Notes under the pieces: generated by a model
What the model was told of the DNA's origin: nothing
The model's input: only the letters and a program-made list of their open reading frames with translations
Databases searched by the model: none
Part shown: positions 33,830 to 44,288 of the stretch, in pieces
How positions within the stretch are numbered: position 1 is the first letter of the stretch
Layout of the letters: every line of letters starts with the position of its first letter
Translations under genes and position numbers: made by a program
From: an uncultured cyanobacterium
GTDB lineage: Bacteria; Cyanobacteriota; Cyanobacteriia; Cyanobacteriales; Cyanobacteriaceae
DNA length: 64,000 nucleotides
NCBI GenBank assembly: GCA_963749915.1
Contig: CAVVOP010000009.1
Span: 1-64,000 of the forward strand
Direction of reading: 5' to 3'

Positions 33830-34605
33830 ATGTTACAGCCTCCCGGTTTTGGTTCAAATTCCCTGAACACTAGCCTAGGTGAGATGGTCTATTACACTGC
33901 CAAGGAAGATCATCCCATCCAGAGCGAAGTTATCAGATTGACGACTACCTTACTACTATTACTGAATTTTTAGAGGCTACCTGTGATGAACCGACAACGG
34001 TAATTGCTTCTTCTCTGACGGCAGCTTTTGTCATCCGCTTAGCGATCGCCCGTCCTGAATTATTCCAGAGCTTGATTCTCACTACACCGGCTGGGCTTTC
34101 AGATTTTGGTGCCAACTATACCCGCAGTTTCTTTGCCCAACTAGTCAGCACCCCCATTTTAGACCGCTTCATTTACGGAGTAGGTGTAGCCAACGAACTT
34201 GGAATTCGGAGCTTTTTGGAACAGCGCCAGTTTGCTCGTCCAGAAAGAGTTAACGCGGAGATGGTCAAAGCTTACTTAGCCGGCTCCCAACAGCCAAATG
34301 CAGAATACAGTGCCCTTTCGTTTGTTCGAGGTGATTTGTGTTTTGACCTTGCCGATTACATCCCCCAACTGAAAGTTCCTACGGCCATCATCTGGGGTCA
34401 AAAATCTCAGTTTACTGGCCCCGACATTGGGCAGCGCTTGGCGGAGCTGAATCGATCAGCAATTAGGATTTTTCAAGTTATCGACGAGGCTGGTCTCACA
34501 CCACAGCTCGAACTGCCAGCCGTTACTATTGGCTTAATTCGCCGATGTTTACGGTTACTTTCCAGTGAAATTGAACCAGCCACCCCTGAACCCGAATCAA
34601 TTTAA
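33830..34605 (+). pseudogene. Alpha/beta hydrolase with internal deletion/frameshift
   Basis: MLQPPGFG...GEMVYYT start, then a break, then VIASSLTAA...LILTTPAGLSDFG...GLTPQLELP. Confidence 0.75.
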
Positions 34606-35415
34606 TTTTGAGCCAGGGGCTCAAAATCAGTTACCAGTTACCAGTAGCCAGTTACCAAGTGACCAAATAGAAAGTCCTGTTACTGATCACTGTTCACTGC
34701 TCCTTGATCACTGTAAAGAGGTAGTAACAGAAGAACTGACAGATGAGGAGGAAAGCGATCGCCATTAATTTACCTTATTCACCCACCACAAAACCTAATC
34801 GTGATGGTAGCCTCAAGACAGATAAAGAAGGCAATGTTATACAGCCTAAAGTCTCCGTATCTCCTATAATTCTTGACTTGATAAGTTTAGGATTAAAAGC
34901 GATAAATCAAGGCACGGCTGAATCCGATAAATTGGGAGATAAAACCAGACACATAGAATATCAGGTTAAAAGAATTAGGACAAATAACAGATATTGAATC
35001 TGATTTAATACCAGATACCGATAACTTTACCGAGGCAATAAAAGAAGTGTTTAGTATAGAAGACTTTGAGCCTATAGATACCAGTAACGAGGAGTTAAAT
35101 AATATTAAAGTAGCTAAGGGCAATAAAGCATTAGAATTAGTGGATAACTGCGAGGTTAAATCTTTTGATGAAGCTGTAATCGAGATTAACCGATTGAAGA
35201 AAGAAGGTTTAGGAAATACTGCGATGCCAAAGGCACAGCGAAGCTGTCCGCTAAGAAATTATCAGGGAAATATCATACTAAGCAAGGTTTAATTAACTGG
35301 AGTGATACTCAAGTCAGAAGAATATTAATCAGCCGTGTAGAGTAAAATTTAGGTTAGGAGTAACGGCTAATTACTCCTAATCAAATACTTTCAATATCTT
35401 AATGAGGATTTTAAC

Positions 35416-35751
35416 ATGAGTACAGTAACAGATAACGACTTAAAAGAGTTAAAGGATTTAATTAACTCCAAATTTGAGCAAGTAGATCGCAAAATTGAGC
35501 AAGTCAATGAAAAAATAGACTCTCGTTTTGAGCAAGTAAATTCTCAATTTATCCAAGTAAACGAGAAGCTAAATGATATGAGAGTTGAGATAGCTACCTT
35601 AAAAGAAGGTCAAAGCGGTATTAATAAAAGGTTAGACAGTGTAGATAATCGTTTAAATACTGTCACGCTAGGGGTTTTTGGCACAATCGGAGTTTTAGCA
35701 ACAGGGCTTTTAACTTTTGTGGGTAAAGTTGTATTTTTTCCCAATCCTTAA
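35416..35751 (+). CDS. Coiled-coil protein with C-terminal TM anchor (expanded cyanobacterial family)
   Basis: TVTDNDLKELKDLI, heptad repeats and a hydrophobic tail; hairpin TTAGGAGTAA...TTACTCCTAA upstream. Confidence 0.7.
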   Translation: MSTVTDNDLKELKDLINSKFEQVDRKIEQVNEKIDSRFEQVNSQFIQVNEKLNDMRVEIATLKEGQSGINKRLDSVDNRLNTVTLGVFGTIGVLATGLLTFVGKVVFFPNP

Positions 35752-35785
35752 ATCGATTTTTAACAGCCAAAGGTAACTTGAAATA

Positions 35786-36130
35786 ACCTGAGTTCGACAT
35801 AAAATTACTGGTTAGGGTAGGGAGTAGGGAGCAGGGAGCAGGGAGTAGTGTTTATAATTGACGTAAAATGTATCAAAATTGATTTTAAGCAATTATTTAC
35901 TAAACTTAATCCTTTTTAGGAGAGAAAATTTGGTTAGTTATCACTCTTAAACCCTTATTTTAAGAGGTTTATCAGGGGTTGGGGCAAGATTAATGAAATA
36001 TCAGATCACATACGGTTGAAACCATTGAATTCTCGTTGAGTTTTGGGAAGTTTTTGTCCTAAAATCGGAAAAGAATAGTGAGGCTGAAAGTCTTATTGGA
36101 TAAGGCTTGTCAGTGAGATGTGATCGGATT
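35786..36130. repeat. MITE/IS-derived non-coding element with AGGGAGT/AGGGAGC heptamers
   Basis: Begins ACCTGAGTTCG, similar to the IS982 IR ACCTCAGTTTTGG; STRR-type repeats at 35812-35847. Confidence 0.4.
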
Positions 36131-36445
36131 TTACAAGGATTTTGCCCCAACCCGTAATTCAGTCAGAATCGTGCCGTAGTTGGTTCTCTTTGCTATTAAA
36201 TTATTGGTATTGGTTAAGGTGTACAGAGCAACTTTTGAACCATCTTCAATCCGACCGAATTCAGTCTTCGTTACACTCTTATTTTCTTTTGAGAAATAGT
36301 TATTTTCTTTGGCGTAGGAGCGATCGGGGTTAAATCCACTGTAGAAATCTACATTCACTACAAATAAACTCATTCCCATTACGGTTAAAACGGTGAGGAA
36401 TTTTCTTAACATCAAGCAAGCGGAAATATTTTCTTTTTTGATCAT
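36131..36445 (-). pseudogene. Galactose mutarotase (aldose 1-epimerase) N-terminal fragment
   Basis: Signal peptide followed by FGRIEDGSKVALYTLTNTN...TNYGTILTEL; truncated. Confidence 0.7.
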
Positions 36446-36551
36446 AGTTTGTTCTTAACCAAATTAAAGGCGTTTTGCATTTATTAAAAACCCTTTGTTT
36501 TTTCTAGCCAAAGAAAGAGCTGCTCACCCCTAAAGAGCGATCGCAAAAGCG

Positions 36552-38108
36552 TCAGAGTAAAGCTATGAGAGCCTCCTCCCCATGCTTATTAACATACTGC
36601 TGTAACAGATTCAGAGTAGTAATAGATAGATTTAAAGCCTTAAAAGTAGGTGTAGTATCTTCTAAATCAAGCAATTTAGTAGGATTATCAGGATGAGTTT
36701 TTAAGATCCCCTTTTCTACCAAGAATCGGGAAAAAGCACCATTGAGAGTAGGAGTACTCAATCTCTTCTGATATATTTGTAATCCTTTATATACTTCTTC
36801 CTCAACCTCAACATACCATTTACAACCTTGTCCGGCTTTATAATTAAGCCCTTCTTTAATCAGAATTTCTTTCTTCTGAGGTTTTTGTGGTTTAGATAAT
36901 GATGGTAAATCTAAATCTTGGAGTCGGATTAACTCTCGTTGGTCATTATCAAAAGCAACCACAAGAGAATTAACAGAGCTAATCTGGGTAACAACTCCTT
37001 CATTCCCACCAAAATAATGATTATCTTTTACTTTGACGCGATCTCCAATGGATAAGGGATTAGTTATTTTCTGTTTTCCTTTAGTGGGTTTGATATTAGC
37101 AGAATCTATTAATTCAGCATCAGTAACGGTAGAGGGAACGGGCAACGGGGAACTGGGAACGGTGTTTTCTTCTTCCTTTACCTCATCTTCCTTAAGTTGT
37201 TCAGAAATTATCTGATTATCTTCTATTGGTGTTAATGATTCTGATGATTTATCTTTACCGATATTGGTGGTGTCCTGAATATAGGTTTTTCCTCCTCGTT
37301 TTACTTTCCTCTGATTGTTAAGATTTGTATCTGCGGAATTTCCGCAGATAGATTCTCGTAAATTCCGCACAGTTTTTTCGTTAACACCACAGCGACGGGC
37401 TATTTCTCGATTGCTCCACTGACTCCATTCAGAATCTTCAAGTAGAGTCATTACCGCTTTTCGTTTATCAGCATTACTACGGCGAAGTCCATGAGTAGCA
37501 TTAACCGTCAGAGAAAATAATAAAGCTTCTCGGTAAGTACCAGATTTTTCGATAAAGGGTAATTCAGTTATTCCTGCTTGTTTTGCCGCTTCTACACGGT
37601 GGAATCCATCTACCAAATAATAACGGGGAGTGGGCAACGGGCAATGGGCAGTGGTGGTTAATTCAGAATTATGAGAATCAAATAATTGATTATTGTCACT
37701 ACTCCCTACTCCCTGTTCTCCACTCCCTTCTTCTCTCCAGACAGTAATGGGAGGAAGTTCTGTACCTTCAGAATAAGCATTAGCATAATCATCCACCACA
37801 GAATTATTAATCTCTACCCTCTGCTGTAGATTGACATCAATGGTAAGTAAAGTTAGCTTAATCCTTCCTGATACTTCCTGAATACTATCTGAGATCGCCA
37901 TAGGTTTATTAACCTTCTGAAGACTGTTAGCCAGTTCGGGGCTTGGAACATTAGAACTATCCCAATTAACCCAAAACTGCAACATCTTCCCGTTATTAAC
38001 ATGAATATCAGTTACTTTGCCGACATTCCCCCTGGCAAATACCCAATCGCCGATTCCAATATTATTAGGATTGAGAGAAAAGTCAGGATAATTTTTAGAT
38101 TTAAGCAT
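36552..38108 (-). CDS. ParB-like (CTPase fold + HTH + KOW/SH3-like) protein, copy 1
   Basis: LPPITV...YYLVDGFHRVEAA (GxxR); NATHGLRRSNADKRKAV; HTH SNREIARRCGVNEKTVRNLR; IGDRVKV motif. Confidence 0.8.
   Translation of the reverse strand: MLKSKNYPDFSLNPNNIGIGDWVFARGNVGKVTDIHVNNGKMLQFWVNWDSSNVPSPELANSLQKVNKPMAISDSIQEVSGRIKLTLLTIDVNLQQRVEINNSVVDDYANAYSEGTELPPITVWREEGSGEQGVGSSDNNQLFDSHNSELTTTAHCPLPTPRYYLVDGFHRVEAAKQAGITELPFIEKSGTYREALLFSLTVNATHGLRRSNADKRKAVMTLLEDSEWSQWSNREIARRCGVNEKTVRNLRESICGNSADTNLNNQRKVKRGGKTYIQDTTNIGKDKSSESLTPIEDNQIISEQLKEDEVKEEENTVPSSPLPVPSTVTDAELIDSANIKPTKGKQKITNPLSIGDRVKVKDNHYFGGNEGVVTQISSVNSLVVAFDNDQRELIRLQDLDLPSLSKPQKPQKKEILIKEGLNYKAGQGCKWYVEVEEEVYKGLQIYQKRLSTPTLNGAFSRFLVEKGILKTHPDNPTKLLDLEDTTPTFKALNLSITTLNLLQQYVNKHGEEALIALL
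37328..37350. promoter_or_regulatory. Intragenic perfect palindrome, candidate parS-like site of copy 1
   Basis: TATCTGCGGAA-T-TTCCGCAGATA (11-1-11). Confidence 0.65.
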
Positions 38109-39340
38109 AGTGACCTCCTCCCATAATTTGTCTGAAAGCATTTATCAAACCTAGTGCTTGAGGATTTTCTGGTATTGTTGTTTCTGATTGTTTAACATAA
38201 TACTGTTCGTACCATCGATAAAATACTGTCCTTAAATTTCTGGTATAACCTAAGCTATTATCATCAGTAAAGATGTAATCAACACGGCAATTTTTAGCCC
38301 TGGTCAACCATAAATCAAAACAAGGTAGTTTATCCTTCCAGGAGATTTTCTCCCATGCTATTTGTTCTAGGCTTCGGCTTTTAACTCGGTATTCGTCAAT
38401 GAGGTTATCAAAATATTCTGACCCCGTGGAGTTGGGGTTATTCTTTCCTGTTTTCCATTGCTGATACTCTAACCATAATCTTTCGAGGATGCGATTGCCC
38501 GTTGTTTTATCATTAGTGAGGAGGTATCGCTTAATATCTCTCGCTTTTGGCAATTTGCCCTGACAATATTTGATAAACTCCTCATTTTCTAATCTCTCAT
38601 CTTCTTCTGAGGGAGTAGGTAGTAGGGAGTAGGGAGTAGTATTTTCTCTCAACACCCCGTTCCCAGTTCCCCGTTCCCAGTTCCCCGTTCTCCGTTCTCC
38701 GTTCCCCGTTCCCTGTTCCCCATTCCCCGTTGCCTTGAATTGTTATTCTCTCTTCTTGTATATCTTGTATATCTTCCATCTTTCTATTATCTTTCAATCT
38801 TTCTGATTGATCTGATAAGTCTGAATTAGTCTGAATAGTCTGAGAGAGATTAGAATCAAGTTCTGGCAATGGTTCTGGCGATCGATTTTGCCGGATCTGA
38901 GAATTTTTTGCCGGATCTGATAATTTATTCTCGGATCTGAGAATTTTTTGCCGGATCTGATAATTTATTCTCGGATCTGATAATTCAGTTTCAGGACTAT
39001 TAATGGGGGCTGGTTCTGATAATGTTTGCCCAGATTTGGAGATCCATTCAATTAGCAGTTTGCCTGATTTAATCAAAATCAACCCTAATTTCTTGAGTTG
39101 AGCGACTGCTTTATAAATACTGCTCTCTGGTATATTCCAAGAAAGGGCGAATTCTTTGGGATTAACTTCTACTGGGCGGTCACAAAATGGATTTTCATAC
39201 CGCAGTGCTAGGTGGACAAAAGCAGTATTGTTGATGAGCTTGGCTTTTCGTAGAGCAATTAACTCATCTTTTTGTAAAGGATAAAATTCTCCTTGTAGTT
39301 TGTTATTGCTTCTTTGAGGGGTGGGAATATTAAATGTCAT
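38101..39340 (-). pseudogene. Rep-like (putative wHTH replication initiator) gene, copy 1, frameshifted in its heptamer tract
   Basis: N-terminal HTH-like EFALSWNIPESSIYKAVAQLKKLGLI; internal 20-bp repeats; split into 38597-39340 and 38101-38655, which form a single frame in copy 2. Confidence 0.6.
38885..38985 (-). repeat. Five 20-bp direct repeats (iteron-like), copy 1
   Basis: Core TCAGATCCG at exact 20-bp period inside the rep-like ORF. Confidence 0.85.
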
Positions 39341-39342
39341 AA

Positions 39343-39453
39343 TTACACCTCCTCTTCTGCGGTAATAAGAGCCAAGGCGATGCAATTTTGTTGATTGGCA
39401 ATGTTAACCTTTTCCCATAAATCTTCGGTTAACATGAAAAATCTTTCATTCAT
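39343..39453 (-). CDS. Small hypothetical leader ORF (36 aa)
   Basis: MNERFFMLTEDLWEKVNIANQQNCIALALITAEEEV; AAGGAG upstream; its GGAGG end serves as RBS for the rep-like gene. Confidence 0.4.
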   Translation of the reverse strand: MNERFFMLTEDLWEKVNIANQQNCIALALITAEEEV

Positions 39454-39602
39454 GATATAATAGACTCCTTGAAAGGAGTTAATAAATTTTAAGTAGGTTT
39501 AATGAATTCCTTGATAAAGCCCTTCATGTGCTAAACATGAAAAACTCGACTTTGTAACTAAGTATCGTCAAAACATTAGTTACTTAAGTTAATAACAAGA
39601 AA

Positions 39603-39631
39603 TCGAAAGACTCCTTCGGGGGTCTTTTTGA
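39603..39631. terminator. Stem-loop with T tract in the divergent promoter region
   Basis: AAAGACTCC-TTCG-GGGGTCTTT followed by TT. Confidence 0.5.
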
Positions 39632-39788
39632 TATTTAACTTTTTTTCAGACAAGGATTTTTGCCAGTTTTTACTATTTAGTTAATTTTACCTCGTATCAT
39701 TATGATTTTATATCATATCATTATAGTTTAATTTGTTTATTTTTCCAAGTAGAAGAAATAAAATCATTGAGTTAGTATAAGTTACTCA

Positions 39789-40130
39789 ATGGATAAAAGA
39801 GAAAGAAATTTATCAAATCTTTTACTTAGATTGAAAGATAATGAGAGTGAGAGAAAATTAGCTCAGAATATTGGAGTAAGCCAATATGCTATTAATTGTT
39901 GGTTAAATAATAAGCATTTTCCTGATACTAAGAATCTGAAAAAAATAGCTGATTACATGGATATATCCATCGATCAATTATTATCTCAATTAAATGAAGA
40001 AGAAGCCTATAAATTAGAAGAGATAAAGACTGCACAAGGAATATTCAATTCTATTATTCTAAATCTGTCTCTTAAAGAAAAGCTCATCTTAATTAAACTT
40101 ATAGCTAATAACGTTGAAGAAAATCTGTAA
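39789..40130 (+). CDS. XRE/Cro-C1 family HTH repressor
   Basis: SERKLAQNIGVSQYAINCWLNNKHFPDTKNLKKIADYM; divergent from the rep-parB operon. Confidence 0.85.
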   Translation: MDKRERNLSNLLLRLKDNESERKLAQNIGVSQYAINCWLNNKHFPDTKNLKKIADYMDISIDQLLSQLNEEEAYKLEEIKTAQGIFNSIILNLSLKEKLILIKLIANNVEENL

Positions 40131-40352
40131 TTTTTTACACTTTTCCGGCTCATTATACAGGAAAAAGTAACTTGAATTGATAATTGATGCACTTAAATTA
40201 ATTATCTTTGTAATTCTAGGAGAGTTCTAATATGATTAGTCTCAATCTTTGACCCTTAGTACATCAAGTATGTCACTTAATAATACACTAACAGTTTTTA
40301 CAATGTTTAGGAGTTGAGCCGAGATATTAACGATAAAGTATAATTAGGATAT

Positions 40353-42384
40353 TTATAACTTTTTATAATGCTCATTTACTACTTTATATAAAGTCTTAAA
40401 ATATTCTAAATTTTGCTCTATTTCAAAAGCATTATTATCCTTTTTCTCATTACTGCAACCCCAACAAATTGCTTCTAAGTTATTAAACTCAAATAATAAT
40501 TCTGGAAACCTTGCTTTATTCATCTTATGATCTAAAGTAATATAGTTAGGATGATAGTAAGTATTCTCAATTCTATTAATAGTTAATTGTCCTTTACTAT
40601 TTTTATATTCATATCCTCTTTCTACTCTAGTTTCCGCTAAAATGAGAGCAAGAAGTTAGCAAAAGTGCGATGACTAGATTCGGGGTAAGATTCTAGTTCA
40701 TAATATTAGATAGCCAAACAAATTCCCAGAGAGGAGTGTATGCCAATTGCTATCGAACAAACTCTACAAGCTTTACAATTTATTGTACAAACTGTACCAG
40801 TGGGAACGAATCTGGCTCTGATACATCTGATGTGGAGTATCCTGAATGGCTCATTTCTGGGTAGTCGAGGAGCAATCTTTCCTGCTCTACAAGAGAATGG
40901 CTTCTCCCCGGAGGAGATTAGACGCAGTTGGCAAGCAATGCGTTATGGGGCTTGGAATATCGATAATTTGTTACATTCATGGCGTGACTATGTCAAGCAA
41001 CAAGGGCAATGGCAAGTCCATGAGTATGAAGGATATAGACCCCTGGCAGTGGATTTAACTGCCTTTTGGCGTTTGCGTTTAAAAGGATGGATGGGCAAAT
41101 ATTTCAACGGCATAGCGAATAAAATGCTCAAAGGGATTGGTTTTGCCTTGGTGGTGGAAGTCGGACAGTTGGCAGGTGAGCGCCTGCCCATACTGCGAAA
41201 AATTCTGCGAGCTGATGCCACTGAGCGTAGCCAGAAACAACTAAAGCTCAAAGCTTTGAGCTGGGTGGGGGAGAATCTGGCCGAAAATGAAGTCCTCATA
41301 TTCGACGCGGGAGCACATATCAGTGAGTTAAAGTCAGCCTCGATCAAACGCTATGTAATTCGTCTAGCAAGCAATTGTACTACTCGTCGTAATCAGCTAC
41401 CGGACTATTCAGGTCAAGGGCGGCGACCTGAGTACGGCCAACTAGTGAGACCGCTGCCGCGCCAACGAAAAGGTCAAACGATTGAGGCAACGGAGCCAGA
41501 CTTGGAGACTTCCTTTGAATTAGACGGTCGCACGATTCGTGCCCAAAGCTGGCATAATTTGGTCCTTTCAAACTTGAAAGTTGACCCATCTCATCAGACT
41601 TTTTCCATCTGGGTCTTTTTTGACCCCCTCTACAACGATCCCCTGGTTTTGGCAACTGATCTGTGTTTACAACCTTTGAGTCTGTTCCACTTCTATCAAG
41701 ATCGTTGGCCGGTGGAGCAGGTGCCTTTGGTAGCCAAGCAAATGTTGGGATTACACTGCCAATTCGTTTTTGCTCCAGAAAGTTGCCAACGTCTGCCGGA
41801 GCTGGCAATGTTAGTCGGCAATATTCTCAGTTACCTGGCACTGGTGTTGCCTCCCATCCCCACAGGCTTCTGGGACCGCCGCCCACAAAAAACGACCGGA
41901 CGTTTGCGTCGGGTCTTAGCTCGGTCTGAGTTTCCCAAAGTTGCCCTAAACAATGGGCAAATCCGAAAAAAGAATTCTGTGACGGCTCATTTGCCCAAAG
42001 GCATCGCTGCTCATCGACGGCAAAAACGACCACAAATGGAGACCTCGATCGCTGCTTGAATCAAGTAAAATAGTAAATAAAAGGTGTTTGTGCTTCAGAC
42101 AATAGTCTGGGCTGATTTTCTCATTCCAGATTTAGCGGAAAGTAAAGTTCTAAGGCTTCTTGTTTATTAGTAGTTGAATAATTATATCTTCCTTGAACCA
42201 TTCTTCTACCACAATAAGGGCATGGTTTATCTCTATATAATGAACGATAATCATTAGGACTTATCCAGCCATACTGAGGATGATTAATTAAAGGTTTATT
42301 TTGATGGCGATTCCAAATATCACTAATTTCCTTAGAGTCATATAAACTAGCTAACCTCAAATTTTTTAATATTTCTTCACTCAT
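40353..42384 (-). pseudogene. HNH endonuclease interrupted by an IS
   Basis: CPYCG before the IS; TLDHKMNKARFPELLFEFNNLEAICWGCSNEK after it; removing the IS and one TTCTA restores the frame (EALERGYEY). Confidence 0.8.
40625..42147 (+). mobile_element. IS (IS701/IS4-like DDE transposase, 40740-42059) with 5-bp TSD
   Basis: IRs CTCTAGTTTCCGCTAAA / CTTTACTTTCCGCTAAA (reverse complement), 15/17 match; TSD TTCTA; LAVDLT, IFDAG and RWPVEQ motifs. Confidence 0.85.
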
Positions 42385-42392
42385 ATTTTTAG

Positions 42393-42746
42393 TTATAAAG
42401 GCTGATATTTATTTAAAGCATCTTCAGCTAATTTATTTAATTCTTGCTGGTTTTTATCTAAAGTTACGATCGCTTCAGAAGCAATTTCACTAGTTTTATC
42501 AGAGTTCATAATAGCTACATTTATAGCACCTACTAAATCACCTTTAGCTAATTTATGGTCAAAAATACTAACAATATTAGGCTTAAATTCTTGCAAAATT
42601 AACCATGATTTTTGTACATTATTCCAACCGATATTACGATAACCTTTTTCTTTAACTTCTTTTTGCTCTGATTTACTGAGCTTTTTAAAGACTGAGCTAT
42701 TTCTTTTTTGCCACTGTCTATAGTTAAGATTTTGAACTATTTTCAT
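42393..42746 (-). CDS. Hypothetical protein
   Basis: 117-aa ORF directly upstream of the HNH gene on the same strand. Confidence 0.6.
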   Translation of the reverse strand: MKIVQNLNYRQWQKRNSSVFKKLSKSEQKEVKEKGYRNIGWNNVQKSWLILQEFKPNIVSIFDHKLAKGDLVGAINVAIMNSDKTSEIASEAIVTLDKNQQELNKLAEDALNKYQPL

Positions 42747-43183
42747 TAGATTATAGACTACTAAGTAATAAACTTATTCTCCAAAATATTTTCGGATTTC
42801 ATTCCATTCATTTAAACCAAAATTATTAGTTATATACTCTTTAATTTTTTCTAACTGATTTCTTAAATCATCATTTCTTTCCTCTAAGGATTTTATTTTT
42901 TCTTGAGATAATTTTGTTTGTTTTTCTAATCCATCTCTCTGTTCTTTAATTACTTGTTTTAAATCTTCTAAAGTCTCGTTATCACGTTCTATTTAATCAC
43001 TTTTCTTCTTTGCTGAAAAATATCTTCATCTCTTACCTGATCTGACTCTAATGGGATCTTAAAGTTTAACGACAAAAAAAGAAGGCAGGGGCAACAACCC
43101 CCACCAGAGCAACTAGGGAAGAGAAGCCCAAGCACCCCACCCACGAACGGGGGAGGACGCAGGAACAACAACGGGGCGTTAGT

Positions 43184-43366
43184 ATAGGGTTTGTGCAACC
43201 AGGTGCAACTTGAGGTTAAAACGCTTTATTTATAAGTGTTTCAGCCTTTGACTTTTTTCTCTTGTATTAAATTTGTGTTTTATAAGATTTTAACGAAATA
43301 ATAATGGTTTCAGCCCTTTTTATCTAGCTTTTTATGGCTTACTGCACCTCGTTACAAGAACCCTAT
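43184..43366. mobile_element. MITE (183 bp)
   Basis: IRs ATAGGGTTTGTGCAACCAGGTGCA / ATAGGGTTCTTGTAACGAGGTGCA (reverse complement), 20/24 match. Confidence 0.7.
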
Positions 43367-44288
43367 GTTCGGGCCCATTAATAGTCCTGAAACTGAATTA
43401 TCAGATCCGAGAATAAATTATCAGATCCGGCAAAAAATTCTCAGATCCGAGAATAAATTATCAGATCCGGCAAAAAATTCTCAGATCCGGCAAAATCGAT
43501 CGCCAGAACCATTGCCAGAACTTGATTCTAATCTCTCTCAGACTATCCAGACTAATTCAGACTTATCAGATCAATCAGAAAGATTGAAAGATGATAGAAA
43601 GATGGAAGACTTACAAGATATACAAGATATACAAGAAGAGAGAATAACAATTCAAGGCAACGGGGAATGGGGAACAGGGAACGGGGAACGGAGAACGGAG
43701 AACGGGGAACAGGGAACGGGGAACAGTGAAGGGGTGTTGAGAGAAAATACTACTCCCTACTCCCTACTACCTACTCCCTCAGAAGAAGATGAAAGATTAG
43801 AAAATGAGGAGTTTATCAAATATTGTCAGGGCAAATTGCCAAAAGCGAGAGATATTAAGCGATACCTCCTCACTAATGATAAAACAACGGGCAATCGTAT
43901 CCTCGAAAGATTATGGTTAGAGTATCAGCAATGGAAAACAGGAAAGAATAACCCCAACTCCACGGGGTCAGAATATTTTGATAACCTCATTGACGAATAC
44001 CGACTTAAAAGCCGAAGCCTAGAACAAATAGCATGGGAGAAAATCTCCTGGAAGGATAAACTACCTTGTTTTGATTTATGGTTGACCAGGGCTAAAAATT
44101 GCCGTGTTGATTACATCTTTACTGATGATAATAGCTTAGGTTACACCAGAAATTTAAGGACAGTATTTTATCGATGGTACGAACAGTATTATGTTAAACA
44201 ATCAGAAACAACAATACCAGAAAATCCTCAAGCACTAGGTTTGATAAATGCTTTCCGGCAAATTATGGGAGGAGGTCACTATGCTTAA
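43365..44288 (+). pseudogene. Rep-like gene copy 2, 5'-truncated
   Basis: Near-identical to copy 1 from 43374 onward; lacks the N-terminal HTH region; its ATG overlaps the MITE end. Confidence 0.65.
43396..43496 (+). repeat. Five 20-bp direct repeats (iteron-like), copy 2
   Basis: TCAGATCCG at 43401, 43421, 43441, 43461 and 43481. Confidence 0.85.

Noticed and set aside
34743..35292. Two short ORFs as intact genes
   Set aside because: Probably frameshifted fragments of one unknown gene, bounded by HIP1 and a dispersed repeat.
43396..43496. 20-bp periodic repeats as a CRISPR array
   Set aside because: The repeats are contiguous without unique spacers, lie inside an ORF, and no cas genes are present.
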